Below are positions 45,828 to 57,895 of a stretch of DNA of 64,000 bases, piece by piece. The position numbers were made by a program, and so were the translations under genes. How positions within the stretch are numbered: the stretch's first letter is position 1; every line of letters starts with the position of its first letter. The stretch lies in contig JBNJNM010000013.1 of NCBI GenBank assembly GCA_052426225.1, positions 868,001 to 932,000 of the forward strand, written 5' to 3'. Under the pieces are notes generated by a model. That model was not told the origin of the DNA and did no database searches. It saw only the letters and a list, made by a program, of their open reading frames with translations. This stretch comes from Zancudomyces culisetae HAW-14-8 (taxonomy: Eukaryota; Fungi; Kickxellomycota).

Positions 45828-48308
45828 CTAAGGCTTAATCAATAAATTCGTAATGTCCTTTGTAATTGGCAGAAGGGAATCAATCAGTAGCAGCATATAA
45901 ATGCTCGACCTGAATGTATGCGGTTTTTTATAATCTACAACTTTTCTTTTGTCCATAACCCCGGTTTTGCTAGATAACAAACCAAAAGACAAAAGAGTTG
46001 GCGGGATCTTTACACAAAACGCATCATACAACGATGACGAAAGCTCCAACAGTCCAACCTTGGTCATAGCATATGTCTCCAACCTTCGGTAGTCATATCC
46101 GTGGTAGAATTCCAATTTGAATTTCGACAACAGATATGCGAATTCTGAATACCAAAACGGCGCCTTTGTCATCAAGTAATTAAACATCGCATAGTCTTTT
46201 GGATTTCTCTGTCCGCCGATCGTGTCTAGAGTACTCCCATCCCTTTGCATTCCAAAGTGACCTCTTTCTCCCCCATTCTCAGCTTCTGTTTTAAAAATCG
46301 GCTGTTCGGAGTCTGTGTCAAAGAACATTTTTTGCAACGAAAATACGTTTGATGTAATACTGCTAAATACTGACTTATAAAACAGCCACCTAAATACCAA
46401 CCGCGATGCAACCACAAAACAAACAACCCCACTCAAATAATACCCCGAGAATTCTCTCAGCAACAATATAGAATACACAAATATCTCGCTTATTGACCCT
46501 ACATGTTTAGCCACCAGCGCTGCAAAACCCAGCCCAAAATTCGCAATAGCTCCATTATTATCCAAATGTTTCGATTTGAGCTTTTCCACAACGTCGTTAT
46601 AACATAACTTCGAGACAAATTGCCCAAATATCTTGGTTAGCACGCTGAAGCCAATTGCTTTAATAAACTTTGTGAGTGCTGTTGACTCAATCGCCTTGTT
46701 TTCGCCTTTTGAGTATACCACCGACAATAATGCAATGAACCTATCAAATGCTTTTGCTGAATATACTGGGTTTGCTGCTGATAATCCAGCTGTGGCCGCC
46801 AACATCGTATAGAAACCAACTCCTTTTGAAAACATACCTGAGCCATAATACATTGTCTTTTTATCACTTATCACATTTCCTTGATCCACAATTCCAAGTC
46901 TACTTTCAGTTGGTCGGGTTTGGCTCGAGATCTGGACGTACTTATGCGCCTTGTACCCCAAAAACAAGCTACTGCTCTCATTTTTCTCACGCTGTATGCT
47001 ATACTCACTACCATGCATCCAGTTTTGATTTGTGCTAATATCTCGAGGCCCGTGGTGATCGTACGAATCCATGTAACGCCGGTCATAATCGTATTTATAT
47101 GCATTAGTCCTGTTTTCAATGCTGTTAATGCCATCCCCGTGCCGATACTCATGCCCATTCCTGTAAACTCCATCATCTTGCTGTCTGAAATATGGGGGAT
47201 ATGCCATAGCTACTTCTTTGCCTCTTCTACCTCTTGGATCCCGTTCGTCAAGATCTTCACCACCTCTGGCTAGTACAAAATCGCCGTTATCCTTTAAATA
47301 ATAGCCGTTTGATACATACGTATAGTCCACCCCCTGCTTATCTCGTTCACTTCCACCGCCCTCTCCTCTTTGGCCTACGCTATTATAGGATCTACTGACT
47401 TCATGCTGGTTATTATATCCCCTAATAGCCCTATTTCTTATAGCTGGCGTTTTTTCATCAATTCCCCAGTAATTCTCATGAGCAAAATCTCGGTTGGGGC
47501 CTCTTCCTCTTGTACCATTGTTCTCGTAGTAGTTGTGGTTGACACTAACAGAATCATTCCAATAGTTCTGGTCATTGTATTCTTCGTAATTATGACTGTA
47601 GACCTTTGGACCATCCATGCCTTTTTGATTGTCACTATATACTCCCTTTTCACCAGCGAGTTCTACTTCGTCTTGATGCCATTTTTTTACACTTTTTTGG
47701 TCAAAGTATTCACTTTCCGCATTCCCAACATCTATTTCATCCTTTGAAGCCTGTTTTAACAAAAGCTTTGCCTCTTTAAGTTTCTTCACGGTCCTCCGAT
47801 ATGCAGACTGGGCACCAAATAGTATATTACTGCTGTATCCTGTTGCATTTGAGGTCACTGACTCCATTTCAGAACGATCCTCTTCATTTCCAAATCGCCA
47901 TGTCGCTTGTGAATCATTCGACAACGAAGATCGAGCCGTTAGTGGCTCTTCCGAGTCTATCAATACCATTTTTGCACTTCGGTGTAGCTCCGCATTCAGT
48001 GCATCTTCGTTGTGAATATACCTATCTTTGTTTTCATTTTGGTTGAGTATATATTCATTCAATAATTTTGGCTCATTGCTGCTGGAGGGCTTTCTATTTG
48101 TGGGTAAATCCCAGATTCTGCTAGTATCTTCAAAGGGAGCTGATTCTCCTAGATTGTATTTCGCAATGTTTTTCTTTTCTTTTTCCTTCTTGGTGTTAAT
48201 TCTTAGTTCTCCGCCCAATCGTTCGAGAGAGTTGTAATTATACTGTGTCTTGGGTTTTTCGTGTGGTTCACCCACCAAAGTCTCCTCTTTTGTTACGACC
48301 TCGCTCAT
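45828..48308 (-). CDS. Uncharacterised 826-aa protein: hydrophilic N-terminal ~490 aa plus a C-terminal multi-pass domain resembling ABCD/PXA membrane domains
   Basis: Long clean ORF, so coding status is well supported. Family resemblance is by eye only (see findings). Confidence 0.6.
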   Translation of the reverse strand: MSEVVTKEETLVGEPHEKPKTQYNYNSLERLGGELRINTKKEKEKKNIAKYNLGESAPFEDTSRIWDLPTNRKPSSSNEPKLLNEYILNQNENKDRYIHNEDALNAELHRSAKMVLIDSEEPLTARSSLSNDSQATWRFGNEEDRSEMESVTSNATGYSSNILFGAQSAYRRTVKKLKEAKLLLKQASKDEIDVGNAESEYFDQKSVKKWHQDEVELAGEKGVYSDNQKGMDGPKVYSHNYEEYNDQNYWNDSVSVNHNYYENNGTRGRGPNRDFAHENYWGIDEKTPAIRNRAIRGYNNQHEVSRSYNSVGQRGEGGGSERDKQGVDYTYVSNGYYLKDNGDFVLARGGEDLDERDPRGRRGKEVAMAYPPYFRQQDDGVYRNGHEYRHGDGINSIENRTNAYKYDYDRRYMDSYDHHGPRDISTNQNWMHGSEYSIQREKNESSSLFLGYKAHKYVQISSQTRPTESRLGIVDQGNVISDKKTMYYGSGMFSKGVGFYTMLAATAGLSAANPVYSAKAFDRFIALLSVVYSKGENKAIESTALTKFIKAIGFSVLTKIFGQFVSKLCYNDVVEKLKSKHLDNNGAIANFGLGFAALVAKHVGSISEIFVYSILLLREFSGYYLSGVVCFVVASRLVFRWLFYKSVFSSITSNVFSLQKMFFDTDSEQPIFKTEAENGGERGHFGMQRDGSTLDTIGGQRNPKDYAMFNYLMTKAPFWYSEFAYLLSKFKLEFYHGYDYRRLETYAMTKVGLLELSSSLYDAFCVKIPPTLLSFGLLSSKTGVMDKRKVVDYKKPHTFRSSIYMLLLIDSLLPITKDITNLLIKP

Positions 48309-50577
48309 GCTTATATACCCTCTGTTATTTAGATATTTTAATTATTGTTATTCACTATTGTTGTTTACTTTGCCCGTCCGAGTTTGATTTTTGATTTTTT
48401 CAAGGATATTTGCGCTACTTCCCTTCAAATGACTTTGTTGTACGTTCTATAATTCTTTATTCTAGCTGTTATATATCCATTTATGCTCTTTAAACAAAGG
48501 TGCCCATTAAAAAGTAAGAGTTTGTGACACCATTTCGTTCAAAAACATATAATGAAAGAAAATCTCAAAAAGTAGAGGATAGTTTGTGTTTGACTACAAT
48601 GTCAGGCTTTTTACTTTCCTCTTTGTACTATTTAGGTAGTTTATTTTACTTTATTTTATTTTGGAACAAGGTAAATGGCGTATGCCCTTTTCTACCAAGC
48701 AATGACATTTAAAGATAGTTTGTGCCATCCAAGCTTACAGCTAATTTTCCATTTCCCAGTATTTTCCTGCATCTAAAAATCAGCAGTAAAAAAAAAATTA
48801 CCAAATTTAACTGAAGAGCCAAACAATGAACATGAAACGTGAATGGGTCAGCTGTACAACCATATTGTTTCTCCAGATGCCCTGGTAATTATCTATATTT
48901 TTTATATTTATTCCCCTGGCCCAAGCCTGAGCTGAAATGAAACCACCAGGCATAACGACCACCACCATCCATTGGCCTTTGTTTCATTTTTATCTACTTG
49001 TTTACAAGTTTATTTCATTCCTGTAATCCGCCTTTTTATCAGTATTATCATTTCTATTGTCACCAATATTATTTTCCAGTTTTCTTTTTCCATCAGCAAT
49101 GACAGAAAATATGAAAATACCCTACATCTTACATAATCGACAGCCAAAGCATTGTTTGGATTCTACTATCACATGCCACAGCTGGGAAACCCACACTTGA
49201 TTAGCGTATCTAAAGAAAGAAAAAAAGATATCAAACAACAACCGCATAGTATTTTTGGATATGTTACTGAGGAAACATCTGGCTCAACACCCTTTCGCCT
49301 CTCAAAAATAAAAGGGAAAACTGGTGCAAAAAGGTAATATCACAAACGTGAATTGCAGCAGCAGGAAATATATTCGTCTTTTATATCAATCTCAACTCTA
49401 GCCTCGAGATATGTATATAAAAGTACCTATTGTCATGAAAAGACGCAAATAACGTCAAGTGAACACCATTCTTTTATCTGAATACATAATGTTGATTTTA
49501 TGATATTGAGCTATAAAAAACAAAACCCGGTCAATTACTTTTTTCTGAAGCATGTTTATATCCAGACAAGGGAGATAAAGAGCAAATCCCGTTGTTTGTA
49601 CTCCCTCCGTTTTTCCGAATCATTCTGTCCTACTCTATTCTCTATACAAGTCACAATAAAAGTGTAGTAACCTGGCATATAGCAGTGCTACGCACACACA
49701 ATTTTCGCATGTACCGATTATATAGATGATACACCAGCACTTGAATAACTAAACATTTTGAATGCTGTGTCATCCAACCTTCTGCACTCGAAAAAAAAAA
49801 ACTCCCTTGGGTGACACTGACAACCCTACATCAATACAAGTATATATGGGTGTTTCCACCCACAAACAGTCTCTTCTAACGTTCTCTCCTCTGATTTTTT
49901 GTGGTTTTTGTGACTACTAGGATAAGTAACGGGCTCTTTTCTCCCTTTCAACAATACATTCTTTAAATTACCACTTTCAATATTGTTCTTAATGTTTTTA
50001 ATACATGTTTGTATCCGTTTTTTTTTTGAATTTTGCAAGACATTCTTGACTATTGGGCCATTAAAAAAATATTTTATCAATCGGAAAATCGGAATAAAAT
50101 TTTTATCAAAAATAACAATAACAATCAAAAATCAAACTTGTTAACTACAAAATAGTGAATATTTTCTATACATCATTAAATTCAAAGTGGAACTGCTTTA
50201 CTACGAAAATACAACCAGAGCGACATTATACTACATTATACTATACTGAAGGTGTGTAATTTCAGAGATTTTTATTATTTTATAAGCATGTATCAAAATG
50301 ATCAATTAATGATCACCAACTCTGAGTTTTACATCAAATTTGGAGTTGATCATTTTTTAGCTCTAAAAGATTCGTGTACGCTTTTATTCTAGAGCTCAGA
50401 TCCCTTTTAAAACATTTTATTGTTTTTAAACACGAAAACTAATCATAAAATTATTAAATTACTAATAGTTAAAGCAATACTGCCTCTGGCCAATTTTTGA
50501 CTTTACAACTCTCACACTCCTACCCAGTAAAAGCAAAACTATACAACGATAATAAAAAGATATACAAGAAAAGGAAA

Positions 50578-50823
50578 ATGTTTGGAGTTTTTAAATCATT
50601 TTCGGGCTTCAAAGCTCTAAAGCAACTGTCAGCTCTCAAATTCAACAACATCCCTAAAGCACACTCCATGGTGCCTTCAAGTCACATTCTGGGATTACTT
50701 CGAGGAATGAAGGTGCGAGCTTCAGTCAAATTAATGTGTGATGGCTGCAAATTTGTCAGACGCCGCAAAAGATTGTTTGTCATTTGTAGCAAAGATGCCA
50801 AACACAAGCAGAGACAAGGATAA
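50578..50823 (+). CDS. MRPL36: Mitochondrial ribosomal protein bL36m
   Basis: [38 protein letters not shown] (intact CxxC..C..H zinc ribbon) after a basic presequence. ATG at 50578. Confidence 0.95.
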   Translation: MFGVFKSFSGFKALKQLSALKFNNIPKAHSMVPSSHILGLLRGMKVRASVKLMCDGCKFVRRRKRLFVICSKDAKHKQRQG

Positions 50824-51517
50824 GATAAAGGGAAAATAGTGGAAAGTTTGATAGAGATTATTGTGTATAATGAACTTGTGCATGTATCCAAAAACAAAAC
50901 AAAACAAAAAATAACCCTCTGTACTAGTGGAAGTAACTTGATTTAGATAATGGGCTGGTTTTTGACTTTTTCGATTATAGTAGAATACCCATAACAAAAT
51001 GAAATAAATAAAAAATACATCAAACATCCATCACTAATCGTGGTGCAGCCTCTATTACTAGTCTTTTGGTGATAAGTACATTCCGTTTAAATGGACTGAA
51101 AATGCGTAGGTAAGACAGAGTGAAAGATATCGTGTTAGTTCATTGGATTGCTGCTAACCACTCTAATTTGAAAGTTTTGCCAAGCCGCAATGGCTCCCAG
51201 TCGCTAGCTCAAAACTAAGTTGTTGTGGATTTGAGATGTACCATACCATTATAGTAGCAGTCAACACACATTCCTTCTTTTTAGTGTCAAGCAGTGTGCT
51301 TAAAATATATTCGAGAGCAAAAGATATAGAGATACCATGCTACTACACAAATCGTCGCTGACGGTGCATCTCCACAGCACCTACTGTATATAAACATGAT
51401 TATAATTATATAGTGTAATGTATATAAATCGTAATATTAAAAAACTAACAAAAAAAAAGGAGGAAAGACCAAATACCAAACTGTATACTATACCCAAATA
51501 AATATTAAAAAAAAAGT

Positions 51518-52831
51518 CTAGTCTTTGGCACGTCTAGGCATTCCAGAAACATTAAGAAGGCTTGCTGAGCATGGCTTGTTCCTGGGACCATCACCAATAT
51601 TTGTATGAATAATACGACGCACTGATCCTGGCTCAAATGTTGGAAGCAGTTCGAAGGTCTTTGGTGTGGCCTTGAGATATTCCTCAAAGCCAGAAGCTGT
51701 AGGAGCATCAGCAGATCTGAAGATACCGAATGGGTCGGGGAAATACACACTGGTTGGCTGGAGTGTAGCTGGGGGGAAGTGAGATGCAATGTACTCTACC
51801 AATTCCTTAACATTGTTTTTCAGAACAAAAATAACTGCATTAGCACCAGCGTCAAATGTATATGCTGCACGAATACCCAAAGGCTCTCCGGTTGCAGGAT
51901 CAACTTGGCTGTTAAACCTGTGGACTAGTGTGATGATTCCGCGAGATACATCATTCAGATAAAAGATTGGTGGGAAAGTGTCCAAACATACGGCATGGAA
52001 TTGATTGGAATCCTTCATGGCAATTGTTGCAAATGAATTAAAATCTTTTTCCAGTATTGCCTGTTCCATTTGTTTTATCCTTTTGGGGGCAACTTCGTTA
52101 ACACGGAGTGGGAAAAGTTCTGAGGTTTTGACTGTGGTTGACATACCTGAAGTTGATGGTGTGGATTTCTTAACATCAGAGACAACCAGGATCAGTGCTT
52201 CCAACTCTGGCCAGTGACTCTCTGGTGCAATGCTTACGGCACACGAATCCTCACCTGATGGATCCACTCCGTGCTGCCATTCCACAAACCCGCCGTACAA
52301 ACTGCGGCATGCGGAACCGCTTCCTCTTCTTGCAATCTTGGATAGCTCTGATGCTGTCAAGTCAAGCTCTAGAACTTTGGAAATACAAACTGCCAATGCT
52401 GCATATCCACTTGATGAAGATGCCAGACCCGCTGCGGTGGGGAAGTTGTTTTCGGAGGCAATGTGGAGTTTCCATTCGCTTAATGGCTTTTCACCCTCAG
52501 CCAAAGGTCCCAGGGTTTTTTCCTTTTCTTTTCTGATTGCTCTCAAGGTTACCAATACTGTTGTCAATCTAGGTGAGTTGGAAATAGTTTCCTCAATTCC
52601 ATTTAGCCAGAATCTGTCATCTGTATAAGAACTTGATGCTCGAACCGTGGTCTTTGTGTTTAGATGATCTTGATTCAAAGTGCAGGATATTGAAGAGTTT
52701 GTTGGAAGAATAAGATCGTTATTTCTTTTTCCCCAGTATTTTACTACCGCAATGTTTACAGGAGTTGTGACTGTGGCTTCGTGCAATTCCCGTTCGCTCA
52801 ACTCACATATTTGTGCGCCTTCGACCTCCAT
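51518..52831 (-). CDS. MVD1: Diphosphomevalonate decarboxylase
   Basis: PVNIAVVKYWGKR, NNFPTAAGLASS, ARRGSGSACRS, DSNQFHAVCLDTFPPIFY, AYTFDAGANA. Confidence 0.97.
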   Translation of the reverse strand: MEVEGAQICELSERELHEATVTTPVNIAVVKYWGKRNNDLILPTNSSISCTLNQDHLNTKTTVRASSSYTDDRFWLNGIEETISNSPRLTTVLVTLRAIRKEKEKTLGPLAEGEKPLSEWKLHIASENNFPTAAGLASSSSGYAALAVCISKVLELDLTASELSKIARRGSGSACRSLYGGFVEWQHGVDPSGEDSCAVSIAPESHWPELEALILVVSDVKKSTPSTSGMSTTVKTSELFPLRVNEVAPKRIKQMEQAILEKDFNSFATIAMKDSNQFHAVCLDTFPPIFYLNDVSRGIITLVHRFNSQVDPATGEPLGIRAAYTFDAGANAVIFVLKNNVKELVEYIASHFPPATLQPTSVYFPDPFGIFRSADAPTASGFEEYLKATPKTFELLPTFEPGSVRRIIHTNIGDGPRNKPCSASLLNVSGMPRRAKD

Positions 52832-53689
52832 TTTCGTGTGTTCAAATTAGGACTTTATAAGCAAATTAATTTTATTACAAATCTTGCAAATGTATTATGG
52901 CAGACAAAACCAAAAGCTATTGTTGTTAAGGACGAATATTGTCCACTATTGTTTTTTTTTTTAATGTTAAAGGCCGCAGGCTTTTTTTCTTTTGTTTAGT
53001 TTTTTTATTATTACTGTTTTAAACTTATTAAAAATTTTGGGCAATTTCTAAAAATTGAATTGATATCGGAGGAAAATTTGTACTGCATTAGCATGTGCAC
53101 TGGTTAATTTTAACTGCAAGGATTTATTTTCAATGGTATTGTTTACTAACTATTGGGAACTAGCTATTGAGTATAGTTTGATCAACAACAAAGTAAATAA
53201 AAACATCATACTATCAAAAAAAATCAAAAAAGCATCATACTAATTGCATGGGCAGATTTTTAGACCTGGTTTATTGTTATATTAGCTGAAATGTTTGGTC
53301 AAAAAATAACAGCATAGGAACATTTGCTCTAAAAAAAATTTTTTATGCACATTTAAATGTTTGGTCCAATTGGACAGTCTAAACCATATAGTGCAATGTC
53401 TTGTAAACCCCCCCCCTTCCTTCAAATTAAACAACCACTCACAATTCGCCTGGTAACCCAATGTTGTGCACATGTTTGCACCACCAAGATGTACTTTTTC
53501 ATGACCAAAAACAAAAAAAAACATCAAAAATCAAATTTTACAGGATATTTCCATCTCCCGCATTCTCAAGCCACCAGTACCCATCTTCGCTATCCCTTGC
53601 ATAATATTCCCAACGAGATGGTGCAAAATCGGTATTTCCTGTTTTTTTATATTGTTGTTGTACACTTTTTATTCTTGACCTATACATAA

Positions 53690-53950
53690 GTGGTTTGTCA
53701 GCACAAGTGCGAATATTATGGCATTTGTGAGATATATGAATCATCAGAGCAAAATAAAGGGGGCGAACTGAGCTTTTTAGTAAATAGTTCATGGGTCAGG
53801 GAGTGCTGCGGTCTGTTCGGTTTCAGATGTGCTGAACCGATCATAGAAGCGCTCTGGCTAAAGTATAACTTGCATGAACAAGACAACTTAAGTATGTTGT
53901 ATCATTGGCTACATAGATGGAAATCAACAGATCTTGAAAGAAGAAAAAAG
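53690..53950 (+). mobile_element. Possible relic of a non-LTR retrotransposon APE endonuclease
   Basis: NKGGELSFLVNSS...IIEALWLKY resembles GGGVAIYVK...IEALWVKI of LINE endonucleases. Catalytic motifs are not visible. Confidence 0.2.
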
Positions 53951-54180
53951 CAAACCGGGGTTACTGGAACTAACACTGCATTCCTAGTTATTATTACATA
54001 TTCATTACTCATATGCCTATATACGCTTAAAAGCATTTCAAGTGTGCCAATCTACTCTAAATGACAACACCAACGAGTCACACATACATGCACACATGCA
54101 TACATACATACATAACACAAAAACAATAATAAAACAAAAAGAACATAACCATCAGATACTCTGGGCTTTATTCTAATCTA

Positions 54181-56898
54181 CTACACCAAACCATCTAAAT
54201 AGCCAAAAGTATCGTTTTGTTTCAATTGTTTTACAAAAGTCAAAATCTCAAGGCAAGCTACACCATCGTGGTTACGCTCAGCACAGTCTAAAAGGCACAA
54301 TGACAAGTATTCAAACACATCTGTGGACTCCATGTTGTGTAAAACAATGAGTAACTGCATAGCCGTTTTGACATCGTTTTTGTTCAGACAATCCAAAAAT
54401 ATCTCTGAAGGAGTGTTGGTATATTTAAATAACATAGCCCATAGTTTCATTTCTGTCTTGCGGGCGGTGTGAGCAATCACTTGGTGGAAGACCTTAAATT
54501 TGGAAATAAAAGACACAACTTGCTCGAGTTTTTCCGAATCTGAGGAGATACTATCAAGCAATAACATTTCCAAACAAATGTTAAAGTACGGATAACCAAG
54601 GTAGCTTGAGCACGCTTGAACGGCAGCTTCTAAGGGTCGAGACATAAAAATGAACCTAACAATATCACTCAAGAAAAAGATCGTCTTACAACGAACCGGT
54701 GTGAACCCACCAACAAACGAGTTGCGTATTGCTTGTGTATGTTCAAGCCCAATAATCAATCCTCTTTGGCTACTGAGGGTTGTAGGATAAAATTCCAGTC
54801 CCGAGTATCCGCATTCAGATAGTTGTCTCATTTCAAGCACTTGGCTGGTTGCCGGTTTTTCAATATCAGGCGATTGGAAGTGCTTCATTGACAAAGCTGC
54901 AGAATTCAAAGTGTCTCCATCATACCACCATATAGTTGGGTTGTTATCCAAATTTTTAATTGACACTATACCAAATGCCTCCGCTTTATTCCGAATCTTG
55001 ACTTCGGTGAATGGGGTTTTGTCCCCAGAACTCCCACTATGATGTACAATTTTTATATTGATACCTTCTTGTAGCGCAACCACGACACTCTGAGATCCTG
55101 GAATCTTTTCGATACACCGGATTTTTACAACGTTATAAGGGTTTGCAACCAATTGTTCTAGAGAAATATTACACAGTGGAAATGCCTGCAAAATCCCACC
55201 CGAGTCAACTAGCATAAATTGTGTTATTATATTGCTTTCCGTATACACATACATTAAATTTTCATGGATTCTAAACTCTTTAGCTTGATTGTTTATCAGT
55301 AGTGCCGAGATGTTGTTATTTAGCTCTAGCTGTCTCTTAATGTCAAAAAATATTATCTGATTCTGTTTCTTTTCATAGTGATTAACACATGAAAACACCA
55401 AATAATGCTTGAAAAACGACATTCCCCCATTACACTCAATCATTTTCTCCTGCGCCTTACTTAAAAACAGTTTCCATTTGGCGACATTGTAATCGTAGAT
55501 CACAAATCCACGAGTACCTGCAACCACAACCCTTTTTCCGTCTTTACTTATCTCAGCATAGCGTATAGGCCAGTTTTCCTGGACATATTCTGGAGGAATG
55601 TTTATCAGGTCCCAGCCATAATCTCTTTGAAGTAAATCGTATTGCTGCTGAAAATCTACTCTATGAACAAGTATTTTGTCGTTACCAACCAACAGCATCC
55701 GATCACCATCCTCTAACACCTTTGCAGACCTTCCACTACTAACACACAACCTCATCAATGGAATACTAAACCCAGTGGTTATAACGGAGTGTCCAGAAAA
55801 AACAAGTAGTTCTTCTGACTCCTTGCCCCATATTACGCTTTGAATCCCAGAATGAGATTCCAATTCCTGCATCAGTATTTTATGTCCCATAGTGCTATAT
55901 ATATATATTTTATTTTCAATCGCCACGGAAAGTGCTCCGCCGTTTTCCGTCCACTTTACTGCTGAAATTGCATGGGTATTGGGGACATCGCTATCCGCTG
56001 AAATTTTTACTGCCTTTATATGCTTGATGCTAGCTTCCTCCACTTCGTACAAATCCAAACCCCCACTCTCATACCCCACAGATAGCACCTTCATTCGTTT
56101 TGAGTAATCAATTCTCACTATTTTTCCTCCCTTAAATATTGTTGAAACGTCCATTATTTTGGCTTTTCTACTTATTTCTGTACTGTTTTTCACCTTTTCC
56201 AGAAATATTTTGATATAAAACACCTTTTTGTCCTCCATTACTAGCAACGCACCTATTCCATTACCTTCAAGCCCGACTAGTTTATTTACCATTATATCTT
56301 TGTCATCGCCATTTATGCTTTTGCTCTTTAGGCTAGCTATCACTTTCAAGTGCCAGTCAAAGTAAATTATCCGTTTATTTGTGGTAACTATAATGGCACT
56401 ATCTACACCCACCCCCTTCAATATCCTTTCCTTAACCGGGATGCTATACACCTGTTTTTGCTTAATTCCTCGAAGTATTATCCCTTTCCCTTCTCCGCTT
56501 CCATTTACAAAATATTCGTCCTTTTGAAATATATACTCCATCCGCTTCTCTGATCGCACAAAAAGTTCATATTCACAAATATGACCCCCATCGTATAATA
56601 TGAAGAAATCATAACTCTTTGGTTTCCAGAAAATACTTATAGCTTCCCCAAGTAGCTTTGTTTTTCCGCTCCTGATAGCACACATCAAAAAAAAGGGCTT
56701 CAAACTCCATAAGTACACTGTATTTTTTGAAACTCCGGCCAAATAGTTGCAGTCGCCTGACTTGGACATGAAATTCACCTCGGAGTCTGGCCTTTGGATG
56801 TCCAGTGACAGTCGCAGTTTATATCGATTTTCTGCCAATGTATCGTTGAAATCCAAACCCAAGTCTAGGCTCTTTACAGGTTCAATCTGGTAGTACAT
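54181..56898 (-). CDS. RIC1: RIC1 (Rab6/Ypt6 GEF subunit)
   Basis: WD-like N-terminus; IPPEYVQENWPIRYAEISKDGKRVVVAGTRGF, WKLF...QE, YFNICLEMLL, VIAHTARKTEMKLWAMLF, KTAMQLLIVLHNME. Confidence 0.93.
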   Translation of the reverse strand: MYYQIEPVKSLDLGLDFNDTLAENRYKLRLSLDIQRPDSEVNFMSKSGDCNYLAGVSKNTVYLWSLKPFFLMCAIRSGKTKLLGEAISIFWKPKSYDFFILYDGGHICEYELFVRSEKRMEYIFQKDEYFVNGSGEGKGIILRGIKQKQVYSIPVKERILKGVGVDSAIIVTTNKRIIYFDWHLKVIASLKSKSINGDDKDIMVNKLVGLEGNGIGALLVMEDKKVFYIKIFLEKVKNSTEISRKAKIMDVSTIFKGGKIVRIDYSKRMKVLSVGYESGGLDLYEVEEASIKHIKAVKISADSDVPNTHAISAVKWTENGGALSVAIENKIYIYSTMGHKILMQELESHSGIQSVIWGKESEELLVFSGHSVITTGFSIPLMRLCVSSGRSAKVLEDGDRMLLVGNDKILVHRVDFQQQYDLLQRDYGWDLINIPPEYVQENWPIRYAEISKDGKRVVVAGTRGFVIYDYNVAKWKLFLSKAQEKMIECNGGMSFFKHYLVFSCVNHYEKKQNQIIFFDIKRQLELNNNISALLINNQAKEFRIHENLMYVYTESNIITQFMLVDSGGILQAFPLCNISLEQLVANPYNVVKIRCIEKIPGSQSVVVALQEGINIKIVHHSGSSGDKTPFTEVKIRNKAEAFGIVSIKNLDNNPTIWWYDGDTLNSAALSMKHFQSPDIEKPATSQVLEMRQLSECGYSGLEFYPTTLSSQRGLIIGLEHTQAIRNSFVGGFTPVRCKTIFFLSDIVRFIFMSRPLEAAVQACSSYLGYPYFNICLEMLLLDSISSDSEKLEQVVSFISKFKVFHQVIAHTARKTEMKLWAMLFKYTNTPSEIFLDCLNKNDVKTAMQLLIVLHNMESTDVFEYLSLCLLDCAERNHDGVACLEILTFVKQLKQNDTFGYLDGLV

Positions 56899-57371
56899 TT
56901 TTCTTGCGTTGATTTGAGTCTGTTTGCCTGTTGTTTTTTTTTTAGTTGTAAATGAGGATTGGTGAATGTAATATGCTACTGAATAAACATCTCAAACTCC
57001 ATAAATAGTGATTCAATACAACACCAATATTGTTCTCAGATTCAAAGTGTGATTATTCTTTAATCAGTACCGCGAAGTATGTGGTTTACTTCAAAGTAGT
57101 GTCGATTTTGCTTATTGTTTATTTTTCTTTGGTTCTATATTTCCTTAGTACCCTTTCTCGCCCAATTTCGTGACATTCTAATTCTTTTAGACTCAAATAA
57201 CGATCACAAACTAGATTACAATTGGTAGAAAAAGTTGAGTAGCTTTGCGCCATTTTTGAGGTAATTAATAATTACACACATGGAATTTTTGGTAAAAAAA
57301 AATGCTATTTGAATTCATTTTCTTTAGTTCCAAGTATGTACGAGAGAAACCTGGTGTGTGGGAGGGTGGGA

Positions 57372-57450
57372 AGAGTGGGAAGAGTGAGAAGAGTGAGAAG
57401 AGTGAGAAGAGTGAGAAGAGTGAGAAGAGTGAGAAGAGTGAGAAGAGTGG
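57372..57450. repeat. 9-bp minisatellite (AGAGTGAGA)n
   Basis: Seven perfect copies at 57381-57443 with degenerate flanking copies, in the RIC1/HRD3 divergent intergenic region. Confidence 0.95.
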
Positions 57451-57739
57451 ATAGAATCTAAGAGCGTAGACACTGTTCAGAGTATGATATAATAGTCAAG
57501 ATAAGTTGTGAACAAAAACAAAGTTTTTAAGCACATACGTTGGTTGATGGAGAGGGAGGGGAGTAGGTAGTTAATGTGTATTGCTGCTCACAATACCCAA
57601 CAGTATATCCATCTTCAGACCAACAACACCTATCGATACAGCTACTACTATTCCCTTTCAACGATGTAATCTCATTTCTTCTCTCTTCACCCATTAACTA
57701 CATACTTTTACCCGAACTGATGTAGAATATCAATACTAT

Positions 57740-57895
57740 ACCATTAGCGGTTCACCCAATGGTATTCCTATATCTAGATACCTTACATTTCTAGCTTGAC
57801 GTTAAAGATGGAAACATACAACCCCCGAATGCTTTTCAATACTTTCGGACAGAAGACCTCTTTTAGGCAACATTCCTGGATTTTCCCGATTAACA
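57740..57895 (-). mobile_element. Possible relic of a non-LTR reverse transcriptase
   Basis: KVLKSIRGLYVS..VK then, after a frameshift, YLDIGIPLGEPL; similar order to LINE RT (LIKSLY...GVPQGxPL). No YADD. Confidence 0.2.

Noticed and set aside
25513-52831. HMG-CoA lyase plus MVD1 as a mevalonate cluster, or HAC1/SERCA/HRD3 as an ER cluster
   Set aside because: Genes are more than 20 kb apart with unrelated genes between them; consistent with chance.
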